From an uncultured delta proteobacterium (GTDB taxonomy: Bacteria > Desulfobacterota > Binatia > Binatales > Binataceae), in NCBI GenBank assembly GCA_963761255.1, contig CAVXGH010000004.1, positions 230,890-294,889 on the forward strand: a stretch of DNA of 64,000 bases. Reading direction: 5' to 3'. The position numbers and the translations under genes were made by a program. Of this stretch, positions 8,596-17,816 are shown in pieces; positions within the stretch are counted from its first letter, which is position 1; each line of letters starts with the position of its first letter. Below the pieces are notes generated by a model. It had not been told where the DNA came from. It made no database searches and saw only the letters and a program-made list of their open reading frames with translations.

Positions 8596-9849
8596 CTACG
8601 CCGCGGCGCTGCGCGCCATCAGCCGCGCGAAGCGAAACGAAGGGAAGGTCTTCTCGCCGTTCGCCATCTGCGCAAACCGCACCATCTCTTCCGCCGCCCA
8701 CGGCTCGCGATTCGCCGCCAGATGCGCGAGCAACGAGCTGCGATCGAGTCCGAGATGCTGCGAGACCTTCAGGCTCGCGTGGTAGTAGGGCATCAGCGCG
8801 GCGTCGCGCCGGCGCGTGAATTCGCTCATCGTGTCGCGAGAGACAGACTTGCCGCTGGAAGCCGCGAGCCATGCCGGCGCGAGCGCGCCGAGAATTTCCG
8901 CGCTGATGAGCGCGAACGAATGTCCCTGACCGAAAAGCGGATCGACATGCAGGCCTGCATCGCCGAGGAGCATCGCGCCGTCGCAAGCGGGATCGCGCCA
9001 GGTGTTAAGCAACAGCCCCGAGGAGCGAATTTTTCCGGCCATACGCGCGCCGGCGAGAATCGTTCCCAGCTCCGACGATGCGCCGATGTAGCGCAGGAAG
9101 TTCGCCGCGAGATCGGTGCGGAAGGTACTCATCTCGCGCGCATCGAACGCGACGGCCGCCACGACGAGGTCATCGTTGCATCGGCACGCGAGGCTCGCGA
9201 TTCCGGGACTGGTCTCGAATTCGGTGATCAGCGCGTCATCAAGCCTGGCGCGCGGAACATCCTCGAAATAGGCGTAGTAGTAGGCGCGCGCGCACTCCAC
9301 ATCTTTGCGCTCGAAGGCACCGATTTTTTCCGCTGCGAGTTTTGCGAAGGTGCTGCGAAGTCCGTCCGCCCCGATCATGAGCGGCGCGCGAAATGTGTGC
9401 GAGCCGGAAGAATCCTCGCCGCGAATTCCGGCGATTGCGCCATCCTCGATAATGACATCGATGACGCGAAACTGCTCGCGCATCGCCACGCACTCGATGC
9501 TGCGCGCGGCATCGATCATCGCGGCGTCCATCTTGTCGCGCGTCAGGCATAGCCCGCGAAGATCTTCCGATCGATCGAGGCGCGCGGAGTAGTCGAAGCC
9601 GGGACCGACGGTGCGCATGGAGGAGAATCGCACGCCGCCCTGTCGCTGCAGCAGCTCGAGCACGCCGAGACGGCTGAGGACCTGCGTTCCTCCGGCGAGC
9701 ACGATGTGAGTTGAAATAGTGTCGGAAGGAAACGCGCTCTTATCAACCAGCAAAACTTTGCGGCGTTTGCGCCCCAGCATGATCGCGGCGGCGGAGCCGG
9801 CGACGCGTGCGCCGACGATGATGGCGTCGAAGTCGTGGTGCGAAGACAT
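8596..9849 (-). CDS. FAD-dependent oxidoreductase (geranylgeranyl reductase / aromatic-ring hydroxylase-like)
   Basis: 417 aa with N-terminal dinucleotide-binding motif DAIIVGARVAGSAAAIMLGRKRRKVLLVDK and a GD motif …AMLLGDAGLHVDPLFGQG…. Confidence 0.85.
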   Translation of the reverse strand: MSSHHDFDAIIVGARVAGSAAAIMLGRKRRKVLLVDKSAFPSDTISTHIVLAGGTQVLSRLGVLELLQRQGGVRFSSMRTVGPGFDYSARLDRSEDLRGLCLTRDKMDAAMIDAARSIECVAMREQFRVIDVIIEDGAIAGIRGEDSSGSHTFRAPLMIGADGLRSTFAKLAAEKIGAFERKDVECARAYYYAYFEDVPRARLDDALITEFETSPGIASLACRCNDDLVVAAVAFDAREMSTFRTDLAANFLRYIGASSELGTILAGARMAGKIRSSGLLLNTWRDPACDGAMLLGDAGLHVDPLFGQGHSFALISAEILGALAPAWLAASSGKSVSRDTMSEFTRRRDAALMPYYHASLKVSQHLGLDRSSLLAHLAANREPWAAEEMVRFAQMANGEKTFPSFRFARLMARSAAA

Positions 9850-9902
9850 GGGTGCGAATCATATTGTGATGCGGCGGCACGACGCGCAAGGCGAGCGGCA
9901 CA

Positions 9903-9936
9903 TAAGGAAAGAGCCCCCTCTTTCAAGGGGGCTCTC
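9903..9936 (-). terminator. Hairpin/terminator downstream of the small lysine-rich gene (minus strand)
   Basis: Perfect 9-bp GC stem gagccccct/agggggctc with a 6-nt loop. On the minus strand it is followed by TTTCCTT. Two further palindromes (gaggcctcgaggcctc; cctccggaa…ttccggagg) lie at 9947-10021. Confidence 0.35.
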
Positions 9937-10034
9937 CCGTGTTGCGAGGCCTCGAGGCCTCGGCTTAATCCAGCAGCAGTTCCGGCATCTCGCCAGCCTC
10001 CGGAACGGTCATTCCGGAGGGAAACTTGGTAAAG

Positions 10035-10142
10035 TTACTTCTTTTTGGTTTTCTTGGGCGCCGCTTTCTTCTTCATATCGCTCTTTAACTTGGATTTAGA
10101 TTTGGCCGCCTTTGTGGGGGCCTTCTTCTTTGCACCTGGCAT
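10035..10142 (-). CDS. Small lysine-rich basic protein (35 aa; histone H1/Hc-like composition). Not in the ORF track
   Basis: Reverse complement reads ATG CCA GGT ... AAG AAG TAA = MPGAKKKAPTKAAKSKSKLKSDMKKKAAPKKTKKK. A strong GGAGG sits 5 nt upstream of the ATG. The plus-strand ORF 10045..10254 in the track is its mirror artefact. Confidence 0.45.
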   Translation of the reverse strand: MPGAKKKAPTKAAKSKSKLKSDMKKKAAPKKTKKK

Positions 10143-10387
10143 AGACACCTCCTCTTCTTTCTGGCTGCTGCTGGAGAAGCACCCAGTCTTATCAGGCAGC
10201 TTTGGCTGCCTAGGATGCGACCACTATATAAATGCGTTATGCGGAACGCAATAGATGAGGGGGCGAATATATAAAGAAATTTTAAAGTGAGAACAAGCTT
10301 GTAGCTTCCAATGCTTTTCCCTGTTTCCCATCGTTTTATCCATTAGCATACTTGAACTGACAGCGGCGCCTGCTTTACCATTACCGC

Positions 10388-10801
10388 ATGGCTCGCTTAA
10401 GCAACTGGCTCCGGCGCCAATGGCCCAACCTAATACTGGGCGCCGTCCTGGTGGGTTTGATTGGTAATGCGCTGCTGGCCGCGATGGGGCCGCGCGACCT
10501 GCTTCTGCTGCGTCAGCGCCGGGGCGAATTGGAGGCCAAACGGGCCGATCTGATGCTTCGCAAGGCTGAACTTGAAACGAGCGTTCAGAACCTTCGTTCC
10601 AATGATCGCTACCTCGAACATCTGATTCGCAAGGAGCTCGGCTACGCCCGTCCTGACGAGATGATTTACAAATTCACCGGCCCCAGCGCGGATTCACCAA
10701 ACGACAATAATATCGCAACGGCGCGAAGCAACTCGCGCCGTTCGGCGTTGGCGGGGCTGACCCTCCAACTCCTCTCCGAGATTGGCGTCGCTCACAAATA
10801 G
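10388..10801 (+). CDS. ftsB: Septum formation initiator family protein (FtsB/DivIC-like)
   Basis: 137 aa with N-terminal TM (LILGAVLVGLIGNALLAAMG), then a coiled coil LRQRRGELEAKRADLMLRKAELETSVQNLRSNDRYLEHLIRKELGYARPDEMIYKF typical of FtsB. Confidence 0.7.
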   Translation: MARLSNWLRRQWPNLILGAVLVGLIGNALLAAMGPRDLLLLRQRRGELEAKRADLMLRKAELETSVQNLRSNDRYLEHLIRKELGYARPDEMIYKFTGPSADSPNDNNIATARSNSRRSALAGLTLQLLSEIGVAHK

Positions 10802-10827
10802 CTAGCGATAGAATTGGCGTCGATCTT

Positions 10828-12162
10828 CTAAAAACTCGACCGCCGCAGGATTCCATACTCGTAGGCGTCGCGCTCGAGCTGTTCGCGGAAATCCGGATGT
10901 GCGAGGCCGATCAGCGCCCGCGCCCGCTCGCGAATCGATTTGCCCTTGAGATTCGTGATGCCGTACTCGGTCACCACGTACATCACATCGGTGCGCGGCG
11001 TCGTCACCACGTTGGATTCGTCGATCCGCGCGACGATGCGGCTGGCGCGTTTTCCGCCGCGCTCGTAGGTCGACGCGAGACATAGAAACGCCTTGCCGCC
11101 GCGGGAGGCATACGCGCCGCGGATGAACTGGAGCTGGCCGCCGGTGCCACTGATCTGGCGCAATCCGGCGGTCTCGGAACACGCCTGGCCGAAGAGATCG
11201 ATTTGCGCGGCGTTGCAGATCGCGACCGCGTTGTCGTTCTCCATGATGTGATGCGGCAGGTTGGTGTAATCGACCGGTCCCGCAAAGCACGCGGTGTTGC
11301 GATCGAGGAATTGGTACATGCGCGACGAGCCCGCCGCGAAGCAGTAGGCCATTTGATAGCGATTCATCGCCTTGTGCGCGCCGGTGACTTTTCCGGCCTC
11401 ATACAAATCAACCAGCGAATCGACAAACATCTCGGTGTGGACGCCGAGATCCTTGATCGACGATTTGGTGAGGAGCTCGCACACCGCGTTGGGCATTCCG
11501 CCGATGCCGATCTGCACGCATGCGCCATCTTTAATTTCATTCGCGATGATCGCGGCGACCTTCTGATCGATTTCGCTCGCGGGCGGATTTTTTAATTCCG
11601 GCAATTCAGTTCTGCCGCCATCGATGACGCAATCCACCTCGCTGATATGCACGCCGTTTTCGACGCCATACACGTATGGCATCGCTTCGTCAGTTTCGAC
11701 GATAAGCGTCTTCGCGCGCTCGGTGATCGCCTTGTGATAAGTCACCGAGACGCCGAAGTTGAAAAAACCGTGCGCGTCCATCGGCGCGGTCTTCAGCACC
11801 GCGAAATCGACATCGACGAAGCGGCGATAGTTATCGGGTGCCTCGCCGAAGTTCATGGGAATATGGCAGCAGAGGCCGCGGTCGTGCATCTTTCGTTCGA
11901 GGCCGGAAAAATACCACGAGTGATAGCTTGAATGACGCGACTCGGGATCGGCCTCGATGACGGCGCGGGGGCGCATCGCAAGGCAGCCGCGGATGCGCAG
12001 GTCATGCAGCTTCGAGATCCTCGAAGCGAGCGCATGGTCGAACAGCTCGGGCTGCGCCGCGCCGAAACCATAGTCGAGCCAGGTATCGGATTTGACCATC
12101 GAGGAGGCCTGCTCGGCGCCGATAGTTTTGCGTTTTAGTTCCGCTTGATCTGAAAGTGCCAT
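10828..12162 (-). CDS. Acetyl-CoA hydrolase/transferase family protein (succinyl-CoA:acetate / 4-hydroxybutyrate CoA-transferase-like)
   Basis: 444 aa. Family architecture includes ...GIGGMPNAV..., a GxGG motif and a C-terminal domain. Confidence 0.88.
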   Translation of the reverse strand: MALSDQAELKRKTIGAEQASSMVKSDTWLDYGFGAAQPELFDHALASRISKLHDLRIRGCLAMRPRAVIEADPESRHSSYHSWYFSGLERKMHDRGLCCHIPMNFGEAPDNYRRFVDVDFAVLKTAPMDAHGFFNFGVSVTYHKAITERAKTLIVETDEAMPYVYGVENGVHISEVDCVIDGGRTELPELKNPPASEIDQKVAAIIANEIKDGACVQIGIGGMPNAVCELLTKSSIKDLGVHTEMFVDSLVDLYEAGKVTGAHKAMNRYQMAYCFAAGSSRMYQFLDRNTACFAGPVDYTNLPHHIMENDNAVAICNAAQIDLFGQACSETAGLRQISGTGGQLQFIRGAYASRGGKAFLCLASTYERGGKRASRIVARIDESNVVTTPRTDVMYVVTEYGITNLKGKSIRERARALIGLAHPDFREQLERDAYEYGILRRSSF

Positions 12163-12193
12163 AGATTATGTTGTTCCCCTTCAACCACCATCA

Positions 12194-13408
12194 ATGACAA
12201 GTCTGGAAGCATCCAAGCAAGAGCCTCGCGCGACACGACCGGCAGCGTCGGCGCGGCTGATTCTGTTCATCACCGTATTCGTCGATCTGCTCGGCTTCGG
12301 AATCGTCATCCCGTTGTTACCGATGTTCGCGACCCGGCTGGGGATTTCGTTCGCCGGCATCGGCGCGATCATGGCGGTCTACTCTTTGGCGCAATTTATC
12401 TTCGCGCCGATCCTCGGACGGATATCCGATCGCATCGGCCGCCGCCCGGTCATCATGCTCGGACTGCTGGGCTCGTCGATCGGATACCTCATCTATGGAT
12501 TCGCCGGATCGTTCGCCGGCCTTTTTCTGTCGCGCGCGGTGCATGGCGCTTGTGCCGCAACCATCTCCACCGCGCAGGCCTACATCGCCGACACCACCGA
12601 CGAGTCGAATCGCGCGCGCGGGATGGGGATGATCGGCGCGGCCTTCGGCCTCGGCTTCGTGATCGGTCCCGCGATTGGCGGGTTGCTCGGACGCAGCGAC
12701 TTGCGCATTCCAGGATTCTTCGCCGCGGCGCTGACCTTTGCGAATCTGATCTTCGCCGCGATGCGGCTGCCCGAGTCGCATGAACCCGAACCCGGCGCGC
12801 GCATCGATGCTTCGGTGATCGTCGCGCCGATTCGCGATCTCCCCAGTCAGCTTTTTACGCATCATCTGTCGCGATTATTCTCCGTCGCGTTCCTCACCAC
12901 CTTCGCGATCGCGGCATTCGAAACCACCTTCGCCATCATGATTCCGCGCGTGTACGGATACGGCGCCACCGGCATCGGCATCCTGCTCGCGTTCGCGGGT
13001 CTGATGCAGGCACTCACGCAGGGTTACCTGCTCGGGAAAATCGTCAAGCGCATCGGCGAGCTGCGGGTGCTCGGCATCGGCATCATCTTATTCGCGATTG
13101 GCCTCGCACCGATGGCGAATCTGCCGACGCCTTCGACGCTCCTGCTTGCGCTCGCGCTGCTGTCGGTCGGCTATGGATTCGCGAGCCCAGCCATCGCCAG
13201 CCTCATTTCGAAGCGCACCGAACGCGCGCTGGAGGGCGAAGCGCTGGGAATCAACCAGTCGGCGTCCTCGATGGCGCGCATTCTCGGTCCCCTGGCCGGT
13301 GGACTCGCCTACGCGGCTCTGGGAGCCTCAGCACCATATGTGGGTGGTGCGATTGTCGCATTCATGGCATTCATACTTGCGCGCGGCATCGAAGAGTCCG
13401 CCGGTTAA
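12194..13408 (+). CDS. MFS transporter (drug:H+ antiporter / Tet-like subfamily)
   Basis: 404 aa, 12 predicted TM helices, with the MFS motif GRISDRIGRRPVIMLGLL between TM2 and TM3. Confidence 0.9.
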   Translation: MTSLEASKQEPRATRPAASARLILFITVFVDLLGFGIVIPLLPMFATRLGISFAGIGAIMAVYSLAQFIFAPILGRISDRIGRRPVIMLGLLGSSIGYLIYGFAGSFAGLFLSRAVHGACAATISTAQAYIADTTDESNRARGMGMIGAAFGLGFVIGPAIGGLLGRSDLRIPGFFAAALTFANLIFAAMRLPESHEPEPGARIDASVIVAPIRDLPSQLFTHHLSRLFSVAFLTTFAIAAFETTFAIMIPRVYGYGATGIGILLAFAGLMQALTQGYLLGKIVKRIGELRVLGIGIILFAIGLAPMANLPTPSTLLLALALLSVGYGFASPAIASLISKRTERALEGEALGINQSASSMARILGPLAGGLAYAALGASAPYVGGAIVAFMAFILARGIEESAG

Positions 13409-13426
13409 GCCACGGGGGAAAACAAT

Positions 13427-13855
13427 TTGGCCAACATTGTAGGCTGGCTGCTGGTCTTTCATCTGTTCGGGGTGATCTTCTGGGTCGGAAGCCTGCTGCT
13501 GATTACCAGCCTGCTTGCGATGGTTCCGGACGAAGTGGGCCTGCCCAAGGAACGCTTCATCATGATCGCCAGCCGGCTCTTCTATGGCGGATGCAACATC
13601 GGTGGCGCGGTCACGCTGCTGTTCGGCATCGGGCTGATAATGGCGGACAAGGGCGTCCTGCGAGAGGGATGGCTGCACGTAAAACTGGGACTGGTCTTTA
13701 TCCTACTTTTAGTACACCTACGGCTGCATCGAAGGATCGTGGCGTTGAGCGATAATCCCTCCTCGGTGACGCGCTCGGAGTTTCGCGCCATTCATGGAGT
13801 CGTGAGCCTGCTGTTGCTGGCGATCCTCGCGATGGCGATCCTGAAGCCCTTCTAA
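13427..13855 (+). CDS. hemJ: Protoporphyrinogen IX oxidase HemJ (CopD-like membrane protein, TIGR00701)
   Basis: 142 aa with 4 TM helices. HFGVIFWVGSLL and the WLHVKLGLVFILLLVHLRLHRRIV segment align with cyanobacterial/proteobacterial HemJ (WMHVKLTLVTVLL…H). Confidence 0.75.
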   Translation: MANIVGWLLVFHLFGVIFWVGSLLLITSLLAMVPDEVGLPKERFIMIASRLFYGGCNIGGAVTLLFGIGLIMADKGVLREGWLHVKLGLVFILLLVHLRLHRRIVALSDNPSSVTRSEFRAIHGVVSLLLLAILAMAILKPF

Positions 13856-14106
13856 GCACGCGCGAGGCGAAGGTTCATGTAACCGCATGACGGCGGCTCC
13901 TCTGCGAGAACGTTCGGCGCGATTTGCGCGCCAGCGAGCGTGAATATTGGCGCCGAGTATATATTTCTTCCGCAGAAGAACTCACGCGCCGGTTCGAGCA
14001 GCCGGCAGTTCGTCGATTATCCGCACAGTTCAAAAGTTCATTCACCAATGCTTCGCGCCTGCGGTGCTTCTTGTCTCGACGCGCGACTATGGAATTCCGC
14101 CGCTCC

Positions 14107-15147
14107 CTTCTCTCGCTGGCGAGAGCGCGAAGCCGCTGAGGCGGAGCGCCAGCGGAGTCGAAGCGAAAAAGAGAAGGTGGATGGCGCGCTGGTCGCTCTT
14201 CGGCTGTGCGACCGGCGTGCCAGACGGAAGATTCAGATCGTCACCATTGGCGAGCTGCTCGAAGGGAAGAAGCCGGACCTGCCGCCGCAGGACCCATCAG
14301 CGTTTCTCCAGGCCCCGCGCGAGGATGATGCGGAGCAACTGGCGCTGATTCGTGAAGGAGTCGAAGGCGTCGCGGCCCGGCCGTCGCGAAGAAGACGCAG
14401 TTAGCAGAACGAAGCACCTGCGCGGTCCAAGCATCGCGAATCGCTGCGCGGAGGTCCGTCGACTCGGCGGCCTCGGTCGGGATGACAAAAAGGAAGGGTG
14501 GTCAAACCGGAACGGGGGCTATCAGATGCTCGTGTTCAAGCCGATTGAAGAGCGCGAGCTTCTTAGTGGCACAGGCTTAGCCGGTGTCTTTTTACTATGC
14601 TGGCATTTCACCGAGGCTAAGCCTGTTCCACGGAGGATCGAATTCGCGAAGATCCCCTCAATGGCCGCATCGCTGCGGGTCGTTCCGCGAACGACCCCTA
14701 CGAAGATACAGATCTTGCCGCTCCTCCGCTTCTCTCGCTGGCGAGAGAAGGTGGATGGCGCGCTGGTCGCTCTTTGGCTGTGCGACCGGCGTGCCAGACG
14801 GATGAGAGTGGGTGCCGCGGTGCCGCCGATGGTGGGCGCTTGCGCGTCCGCGATGGAAGCCCAGACGACCTGTGAGTCATCGGAGGTCTGCACGAGAGCC
14901 GTTACCTGGGAGCAGGAGTATCCGAGGAGCGAAAGAAACATGGCACGTCCCCTTTTGCCAGATCCGCGGAACAAACTATGCACTGGCGGCAGTGGGAAAA
15001 AATATAACGCTGCCACGGCAAATAGCCTTCGTCCTGGTCCACGCGCCTCGCGAGGGCGCCGTCCCCCTCTCATCCGTCTGTCACGGTTCTCGCATCGCAG
15101 CCATCGCGAGAACCGCGCCACCCACCTTCTCTCGCCAGCGAGAGAAG
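14107..15147. repeat. Non-coding repeat cluster with MITE-like structure. A 74-nt unit (14729-14802) recurs at 14107-14228 with a 48-nt insertion. 26-bp perfect inverted repeats at 14729-14754 and 15122-15147 flank about 370 bp
   Basis: cttctctcgctggcgagagaaggtgg (14729-14754) matches the reverse complement of ccaccttctctcgccagcgagagaag (15122-15147). Copy A has cttctctcgctggcgagag, then a 48-nt insert, then aaggtggatggcgcgctggtcgctcttcggctgtgcgaccggcgtgccagacgga. Each repeat end contains the palindrome tctctcgc-nnnn-gcgagaga. ORFs over this region have no protein-like features. Confidence 0.5.
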
Positions 15148-15224
15148 GGAAAAGGGTCGGAGCTAACGCAGAATCGGATCTCAAGAGATTGACTTTCGAA
15201 CTGCCGGTGAGGATCGATGCTCGA

Positions 15225-15872
15225 TCATGAAGAAGGATTCATGCCGCCGATTCGATACCCCACCACCCCCCAGACCGGATCGGATGGCGGATCGGTCGGC
15301 GCGCTTTTATCGATCACATCGATATTCTCGAACGCGCCGCTGTCTTTGAAGTAACGCCCTACCAGGCCGACCCGGTCGCGCTCGTCGAGGTATTGCCAAA
15401 TCGCCACCGCCTTGGTCGGGAACATCCGATTCGAAAATGTCACGATGAACGGCGCGCCTGGCTTCAGCACCCGGCCGACATCGGCGAAGGTCTCAATCGG
15501 ATGCGTCAGGTACTGCACCGAGACGGTCATAATCGCGCCATCGAACTCCGCGTCATTGAAAGGGAGGCGCGGATTCGCATTGACGTTGTGAACGATGGCC
15601 TCCGTCACTTGCGGATTGTCCTCCATCTCGTCGCGATTGAGGCCGACGCCGACCACCCGCGCCGGGCGCGTGTGTGCGGTCAAATGCGTGCGCCAACTGC
15701 TCATCAGGTCGAGGATGGCGCCGCCCTGCGGAAGCAGTTGCGCGTACATCTCGCCGACCTTGGCGATGGCGCCGTCATCTATATGGACGACGAAGCGCGG
15801 CGCGGCGTAAAAACCCTCGTCCTCGGAATCATCGAGGCGGCGAAAAAACTCAGGTTTAAAGTCGGATGGCAT
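15225..15872 (-). CDS. Class I SAM-dependent methyltransferase (Methyltransf_11-like)
   Basis: Motif I region ...GGAILDLMSSW... and ...PGAPFIVTFSNRMFP.... The start is taken at the internal MPSDFKPEFF; the longer ORF runs to 15947. Confidence 0.75.
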   Translation of the reverse strand: MPSDFKPEFFRRLDDSEDEGFYAAPRFVVHIDDGAIAKVGEMYAQLLPQGGAILDLMSSWRTHLTAHTRPARVVGVGLNRDEMEDNPQVTEAIVHNVNANPRLPFNDAEFDGAIMTVSVQYLTHPIETFADVGRVLKPGAPFIVTFSNRMFPTKAVAIWQYLDERDRVGLVGRYFKDSGAFENIDVIDKSAPTDPPSDPVWGVVGYRIGGMNPSS

Positions 15873-16064
15873 TTTCGTGATCGCTTTCGTGGCTGGGAAC
15901 TTCGGATGCGCGAGGCAATAGTGCCATATGCGAAAAACTATTGCCAAATCGAGGGCAAAATCGCTTCGATCGGCATCGTTGACATACTTTGCCCTGCCCG
16001 TCTAGATTAAAACGCTTTCCCAAAATGGACGCAGGCGGGTCAGGAACGCGGTTACAGATTCAGC

Positions 16065-16850
16065 ATGGTAGTGAGACGCGATAAAACAAATTACCTCATC
16101 CAGTCGGTGTCCCATTCGCTCGACGTGATGGAGCAATTCTTCGGCGATGTCGATGAGCTCGGCGTCACTGAACTATCGAAGCGTCTCAAGCTGCATAAGA
16201 ACAACGTTTTCAGACTGCTCGCAACCCTCGAAGCGCGCGGTTATATCGAGCAGAACAAAGCGAGCGAGAATTATCGCCTCGGCATCAAATGCCTGCATCT
16301 CGGGCGGCGCTACATCGAGCATATGGGGTTAGTACGTCAGGCACGTCCGATTCTCTCCGACGTCACTCGTAAATGTCGCGAGAGCACCTATGTCGCGGTC
16401 TATCGGCGCGAGGGGGTCATTCCGCTCGAGGCGGTCGATCCCGAGGATCGCGCGGTGCGTATCAACTCGCCGGTCGGGGAGAGCCTCCCGCTTTGGGCGA
16501 CGGCGGCGGGCAAGACCCATCTGGCGTTCGATACCGACGAGCAACTTAAGTCGTCACTGCCGGACATCCTTAAGGCATACACGCACCGCACCATCACCGA
16601 TCGCGCGGAGCTGTTCGCGCAGTTGGAGTCGGTGGCGAAGAACGGCTATGCGGTTGACAGCGGCGAATACCTCGATGAGGTGTCCTCGATCGCGGTGCCG
16701 ATTCGCGACTACACGCGCTCGGTGGTTGGCTCGCTATCGGTCGCGGGGCCGGCGTATCGGATTCCGGAGGGGCGGGTGGCGTCGGAAATCGCGCCGTTGA
16801 TCCTCGATGCGGGGCGGGAGCTGAGTCATCGCTTGGGGTATAACGAATAA
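16065..16850 (+). CDS. IclR-family transcriptional regulator
   Basis: 261 aa with N-terminal wHTH (ELSKRLKLHKNNVFRLLATLEARGYIEQ) and a C-terminal IclR effector domain. Upstream of the etf genes. Confidence 0.9.
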   Translation: MVVRRDKTNYLIQSVSHSLDVMEQFFGDVDELGVTELSKRLKLHKNNVFRLLATLEARGYIEQNKASENYRLGIKCLHLGRRYIEHMGLVRQARPILSDVTRKCRESTYVAVYRREGVIPLEAVDPEDRAVRINSPVGESLPLWATAAGKTHLAFDTDEQLKSSLPDILKAYTHRTITDRAELFAQLESVAKNGYAVDSGEYLDEVSSIAVPIRDYTRSVVGSLSVAGPAYRIPEGRVASEIAPLILDAGRELSHRLGYNE

Positions 16851-17004
16851 TCGAATCCGGCTATTATTAGAGGAAGCTGATTTGGCGTTTGACTGGCATT
16901 AGCGCCGCTGTTACGTTTTCGGGCGCTCGCAATGCATCTATAGTACATCGTCAACCTACATCGCAGTAGCCGAAATACACTGATACGCTTCAGGTGAAAC
17001 TGTC

Positions 17005-17752
17005 GTGAAGATTCTCGTCCCCATCAAAAGAGTCCCCGATCCCGCCACCACCATCCGCGTGATGCCCGATGGTTCCGGGATTGCCACCGACAACGTCAAA
17101 TGGGTCATCAACCCCTTCGATGAGATCGCGATCGAGGAAGCCCTTCGCATCAAGGAGAAGCAGCAAGGCGAGGTGGTGCTGGTCACCATCGGCCAGTCGA
17201 CCTGGCAGGAGCAGCTTCGCACCGGCCTCGCGATGGGCGCCGACCGCGCAGTCCTCGTGAAGACTGATGCCGCGCTCGATCCGCTGGCAATCGCGGGAAT
17301 CCTCGCCAAGGTTGCCGATGAGCAGAAGCCCGACCTCATCGTGCTGGGCAAGCAGGCCATCGACGACGACTCCAACCAGATTCCGCAGATGCTGGCCGAG
17401 ATGCTCGGATGGCCGCAGGCCACATTCGCCTCGAAAGTCGAGTTCGCTGATAAGAAATGCACCGTCGTGCGCGAAGTCGATGGCGGCCTCGAGACCATCG
17501 CATTCAACTCTGCCGGGCGTCATCAGCACCGACCTGCGCCTTAACGAGCCGCGCTATGCTTCCCTGCCCGGCATCATGAAGGCGCGCAAGAAGGAACTCA
17601 AAGAAGTCCCGGCCGAAAGCCTCGGCGTGGACCTCGCGCCGAAGCTGAAGATCAAGACGCTCGCGGCACCGCCCAAGCGTCAGGCCGGCAAGAAGGTCGC
17701 ATCGGTGCAGGAGCTGGTCCAGGTCCTCCACACCGAAGCGAAAGTTATTTAG
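17005..17752 (+). pseudogene. etfB: Electron transfer flavoprotein beta subunit; frame broken by one extra nucleotide near 17509
   Basis: ORF 17005..17544 is MKILVPIKRVPDPATTIRVMPDGSGIATD...REVDGGLETIAFN, then goes off-frame. The +1 frame (ORF 17267..17752) continues LPGVISTDLRLNEPRYASLPGIMKARKKELKEVPAESLGVDLAPKLKIKTL...AKVI. An ungapped alignment with EtfB (ETLxLKLPAVVTADLRLNEPRY) requires removing one nt (the t at about 17509). Confidence 0.8.
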
Positions 17753-17770
17753 CATTGACGATTTCTGATC

Positions 17771-17794
17771 CCCCTTCCCCTTCAGGGGAAGGGG
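17771..17794 (+). promoter_or_regulatory. Perfect 10-bp GC-rich intercistronic stem-loop between etfB and etfA
   Basis: ccccttcccc-ttca-ggggaagggg, then ttaggggttagg, 23 nt before the etfA ATG. Candidate mRNA processing or stability element, or a REP-like element. Confidence 0.35.
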
Positions 17795-17816
17795 TTAGGG
17801 GTTAGGTCTACGAATC

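Noticed and set aside
10186-10201. Sigma-54 promoter (TGGC-N-TGC) in the AT-rich region upstream of ftsB
   Set aside because: The GG/GC spacing is off by one from the -24/-12 consensus, and the match overlaps a simple palindrome (ggcagctttggctgcc). No enhancer-binding protein gene nearby.
14665-14690. tRNA or tRNA fragment at the hairpin gggtcgttccgcgaacgaccc
   Set aside because: 9-bp stem with a 3-nt loop is not a T- or anticodon-arm geometry, and no acceptor stem or GTTC-type T-loop is present. No tRNA-like sequence was found anywhere in the window.
14100-15150. CRISPR array in the repeat-rich non-coding region
   Set aside because: Only two direct copies plus one inverted copy. Unequal spacing, no regular repeat-spacer periodicity, no cas genes in the window.
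14352-15230. Long ORFs 14352..15230 (+) and 14522..15184 (-) as protein-coding genes
   Set aside because: Translations are Arg/Pro/Ser-rich low-complexity with no domain-like segments. They overlap each other on opposite strands and span the repeat units. Typical of spurious ORFs in GC-rich non-coding DNA.
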